Virus record (IMG/VR): IMGVR_UViG_3300037423_000701 | Coordinates: 1 to 64,000 of that record | Strand: one strand, 5' to 3' | Length of the DNA stretch: 64,000 nt | Source: a virus | In this document: in pieces, positions 61,913 to 64,000 of the stretch | How the letters are laid out: each line of letters begins with the position of its first letter | Position numbering within the stretch: position 1 is the stretch's first letter | Program-made: the position numbers and the translations under genes | The notes under the pieces: generated by a model | What the model saw: only the letters and a program-made list of their open reading frames with translations | Databases searched by the model: none | Told to the model about the DNA's origin: nothing

Positions 61913-62940
61913 TGTTGTCCCGAGGCGAATTGTTTGCCAAGCTTGGATTGATTCAAGTTGTCGAACGTATAACTGGAAGGGCGTATGCCGAAATCGAAGA
62001 GCAAATCTGGCGACTCGATCTTGAAAACTCGCCCCATGGAGAGCCCTGGCATACGTCCTTCCACGCCTCGTCCTTTCCAGGCGATGACGAACTGGCGTGT
62101 GGCCGTAAGGCCGTCTACGGATTGCTTAACCTGCCCACCCCTGCGCCTACGGGTAGGTTCCTTCGTTCCGTAGCAGATTCAGGCAAGGCAATCGAAGATG
62201 AACTAGTCACTAGATGGGACAAGGCAGGCTATCTGCTATCCGCTAGTGTCGATGCTGAAGTACAGACTGGCTTTGTCGATGAAGAACACTGGTTGACGGG
62301 CAACTGTGATGCCATAGTCTTGCCAAATCACTGGCGGCGTCCACATGTGGTTGAGGTTAAAAGTAAATCTCAAACCAAAATTGATGAAATGAAGTCGGGC
62401 CAACGTGGTCCTGATCCAAAGCATCGCCTTCAGTGTCTCACTTATGTAAGTTTTGCCCACGAACAGCATCCGTGGAAGAGCGCTCAGGTGTGTCGTGAAA
62501 CTTGGCGCATACCAAATGATGGTGTTTGTTTAATTCACAACTCTTCTGATTGTCTCACAGTAATTGATTTGGAGCCCTGCGAATCTGGCTCCATTTTTTA
62601 TGTATCTAGAGACGATCCATCACAGACACATGAATTCTTCTTCAAGCGTGAGCCTGATTTTCTAGAACAGGGCCGCGCTAAGATTAAGGAGTGGAAAGAA
62701 TCTTTTGAGGCAGGGCTATTACCCGACCGTCCGCGCCACGAGGATGGGAAACTCGTCGGATGGTCGGAAGAGCCGTGTAAGTGGTGCCCCTTAAAGAAAG
62801 AAGTCTGCAAGAAAGACTGGCAGGATAAGATAATTACAATAGAACAGAGCCATGCTGTTGAGTTCGTCAAGTCCATTAGGCCGTACTACGAACTTAATAA
62901 AACTATAGAGGCGGTGAAGGAACGTTGGGTAGAACATTAA
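61912..62940 (+). CDS. Cas4/RecB-like PD-(D/E)xK exonuclease with a Cys cluster
   Basis: CDAIVL...VVEVKSK (D...ExK), an N-terminal Cys (ELACGRK) and a C-terminal CKWCPLKKEVC. Confidence 0.65.
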   Translation: MLSRGELFAKLGLIQVVERITGRAYAEIEEQIWRLDLENSPHGEPWHTSFHASSFPGDDELACGRKAVYGLLNLPTPAPTGRFLRSVADSGKAIEDELVTRWDKAGYLLSASVDAEVQTGFVDEEHWLTGNCDAIVLPNHWRRPHVVEVKSKSQTKIDEMKSGQRGPDPKHRLQCLTYVSFAHEQHPWKSAQVCRETWRIPNDGVCLIHNSSDCLTVIDLEPCESGSIFYVSRDDPSQTHEFFFKREPDFLEQGRAKIKEWKESFEAGLLPDRPRHEDGKLVGWSEEPCKWCPLKKEVCKKDWQDKIITIEQSHAVEFVKSIRPYYELNKTIEAVKERWVEH

Positions 62941-63098
62941 TTGTTCATCTAAACCATGAGAATGGTGAGACGGCCGTGTTTAGTGGAGTTATATTTTGGG
63001 AATTTCGGAATAGATGGCTTTACGCTTATGCCGACAGAGATAGAGTAATAGGGTTGGTAAACGAACACGAAATCAAATACATAGAATTTAATGATTAA
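62925..63098 (+). CDS. hypothetical protein (57 aa)
   Basis: Hand-translated. TTG start. The 3' end overlaps the next start by 8 nt. Confidence 0.35.
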   Translation: MGRTLIVHLNHENGETAVFSGVIFWEFRNRWLYAYADRDRVIGLVNEHEIKYIEFND

Positions 63099-63864
63099 AC
63101 AAAAGACAGCTATAGCAATTATAAATCAAGCCAAAGAAAATGGCTTCTATGATGACCCTCTTCCCGAGGGCGCTGAAGATCAGTTGGCAGAGGCCCTGAC
63201 TATTCTTGATGAGGCTAAGCACGCCTATGATAAGGGTGCTCGCGGTGACGCCATTGTCTCCATCTTAGGTTTGGCTCAGGTAGATGATGAAGTTAATACA
63301 GCTAAGGAGCCCGAGCCAAAAGAAAAGCTGGAACAGACTGTCGCTGTTGCAAGGGAAGTATTAGCACAGTCGAACAAAGGAATTAGTTTTCACACTCAGG
63401 TCGAAGCGAAAGAACTTGCTATCGCTAAGATCAAGAAAGAGAAGCTTCCCATCCCGCCGGAGATTGAGGGAGAGCCTCCTGCCCTCCCTAGAGATATTTC
63501 TGTCCTCACCGATCCAGAGCTACGGCGTTTGCATTCCGAGTTCAACGCCGTCCTTGCCCGTGCTAACTGGCTAGTCGCGCTAGTCGAGGCTGACGAACTA
63601 GCAGCCGAGCAGATCGCCAGCCTCTATGAAGCGCAGGCGATCAAGCGCGCCGCTCAGGACCCTGATCCCGTCACCGGTAAGGGTAAGACAGTCGCCGCCC
63701 TAGAGGCCGAGGCATCCGACGATGAGCTTGTGCGCAAGTGGCGGGAGAAGAAGACCGAATACGTCATTGACAAAAAACTACAAAAAGCTCTGCGCGATAC
63801 TTATCTGTCTAATGTGGAAAGAATCAGCAGAGAGTATGCTATGAGAGAAGGGGAAAGAAAATGA
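63091..63864 (+). CDS. hypothetical coiled-coil protein (257 aa)
   Basis: ORF with an acidic, helical sequence. Confidence 0.6.
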   Translation: MIKQKTAIAIINQAKENGFYDDPLPEGAEDQLAEALTILDEAKHAYDKGARGDAIVSILGLAQVDDEVNTAKEPEPKEKLEQTVAVAREVLAQSNKGISFHTQVEAKELAIAKIKKEKLPIPPEIEGEPPALPRDISVLTDPELRRLHSEFNAVLARANWLVALVEADELAAEQIASLYEAQAIKRAAQDPDPVTGKGKTVAALEAEASDDELVRKWREKKTEYVIDKKLQKALRDTYLSNVERISREYAMREGERK

Positions 63865-63995
63865 TCAAGACTTTAGCGCTATCACTGTGGCAACTAGTTG
63901 TTCTACTGATCCTAACCGCTGTCGTTGGTGTTACGACAGGTGTGTTTGTTAAAGTAATCGTAGAATCGTTTCAACTAGGAACCAGTGTTTTGTGA
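63861..63995 (+). CDS. 44-aa membrane micro-protein
   Basis: ATGA-coupled. LSLWQLVVLLILTAVVGVTTGVFV. Confidence 0.4.
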   Translation: MIKTLALSLWQLVVLLILTAVVGVTTGVFVKVIVESFQLGTSVL

Positions 63996-64000
63996 GTGGG

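Noticed and set aside
1-64000. Search for an integrase, attP core, transposase, CRISPR array, reverse transcriptase (retron or DGR) or toxin-antitoxin pair.
   Set aside because: I saw no ORF with recombinase or reverse-transcriptase motifs and no array of regularly spaced direct repeats. The XRE genes lack an obvious adjacent toxin partner.

Overview
This 64-kb window looks like one contiguous piece of a tailed dsDNA phage genome with a long non-contractile tail. I saw no integrase, transposase or CRISPR array.

Layout:
- 1-8080: a leftward block of small genes. It contains a 1.1-kb ORF-free, helix-rich locus and a GC-rich insertion.
- 8.3-18.4 kb: a rightward accessory block with XRE and LuxR regulators, a ParB/DGQHR-motif protein, an HNH endonuclease, a putative glycosyltransferase, a metallophosphoesterase and a ribonucleotide reductase.
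- 18.6-23.1 kb: a leftward block with a DprA/SLOG-like protein, a LuxR-type regulator, RtcB RNA ligase and five tRNA genes.
- 23.3-46 kb: the virion module. It runs protease/scaffold, decoration protein, lambda-E-type major capsid, tail tube, chaperones with a -1 frameshift, a 2237-aa tape measure, tail-tip proteins and a collagen-like protein.
- 46-64 kb: the replication and recombination module. It holds an SF2 helicase, a second GC-rich island, a MerR-like regulator, DnaB, primase, a gp32-like SSB, dNTP-pool enzymes, DnaE, RecA, two paralogous lipoproteins and a Cas4-like nuclease.

Base composition is strongly mosaic. Lines I counted by hand give a backbone of roughly 37-52% G+C and two islands (3480-5122 and 47783-49055) of roughly 65-73%.

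Candidates most worth follow-up:
- a large structured RNA read from the minus strand at 1801-2939, with an embedded degenerate tRNA-like element;
- a repeated promoter-like cassette that brackets GC island 1;
- the RtcB gene embedded in a tRNA set whose five anticodons all begin with U;
- a tandem lipoprotein pair flanked by membrane proteins inside the replication module.

All functional calls rest on motifs I recognised by eye. No homology search or RNA-folding program was run.
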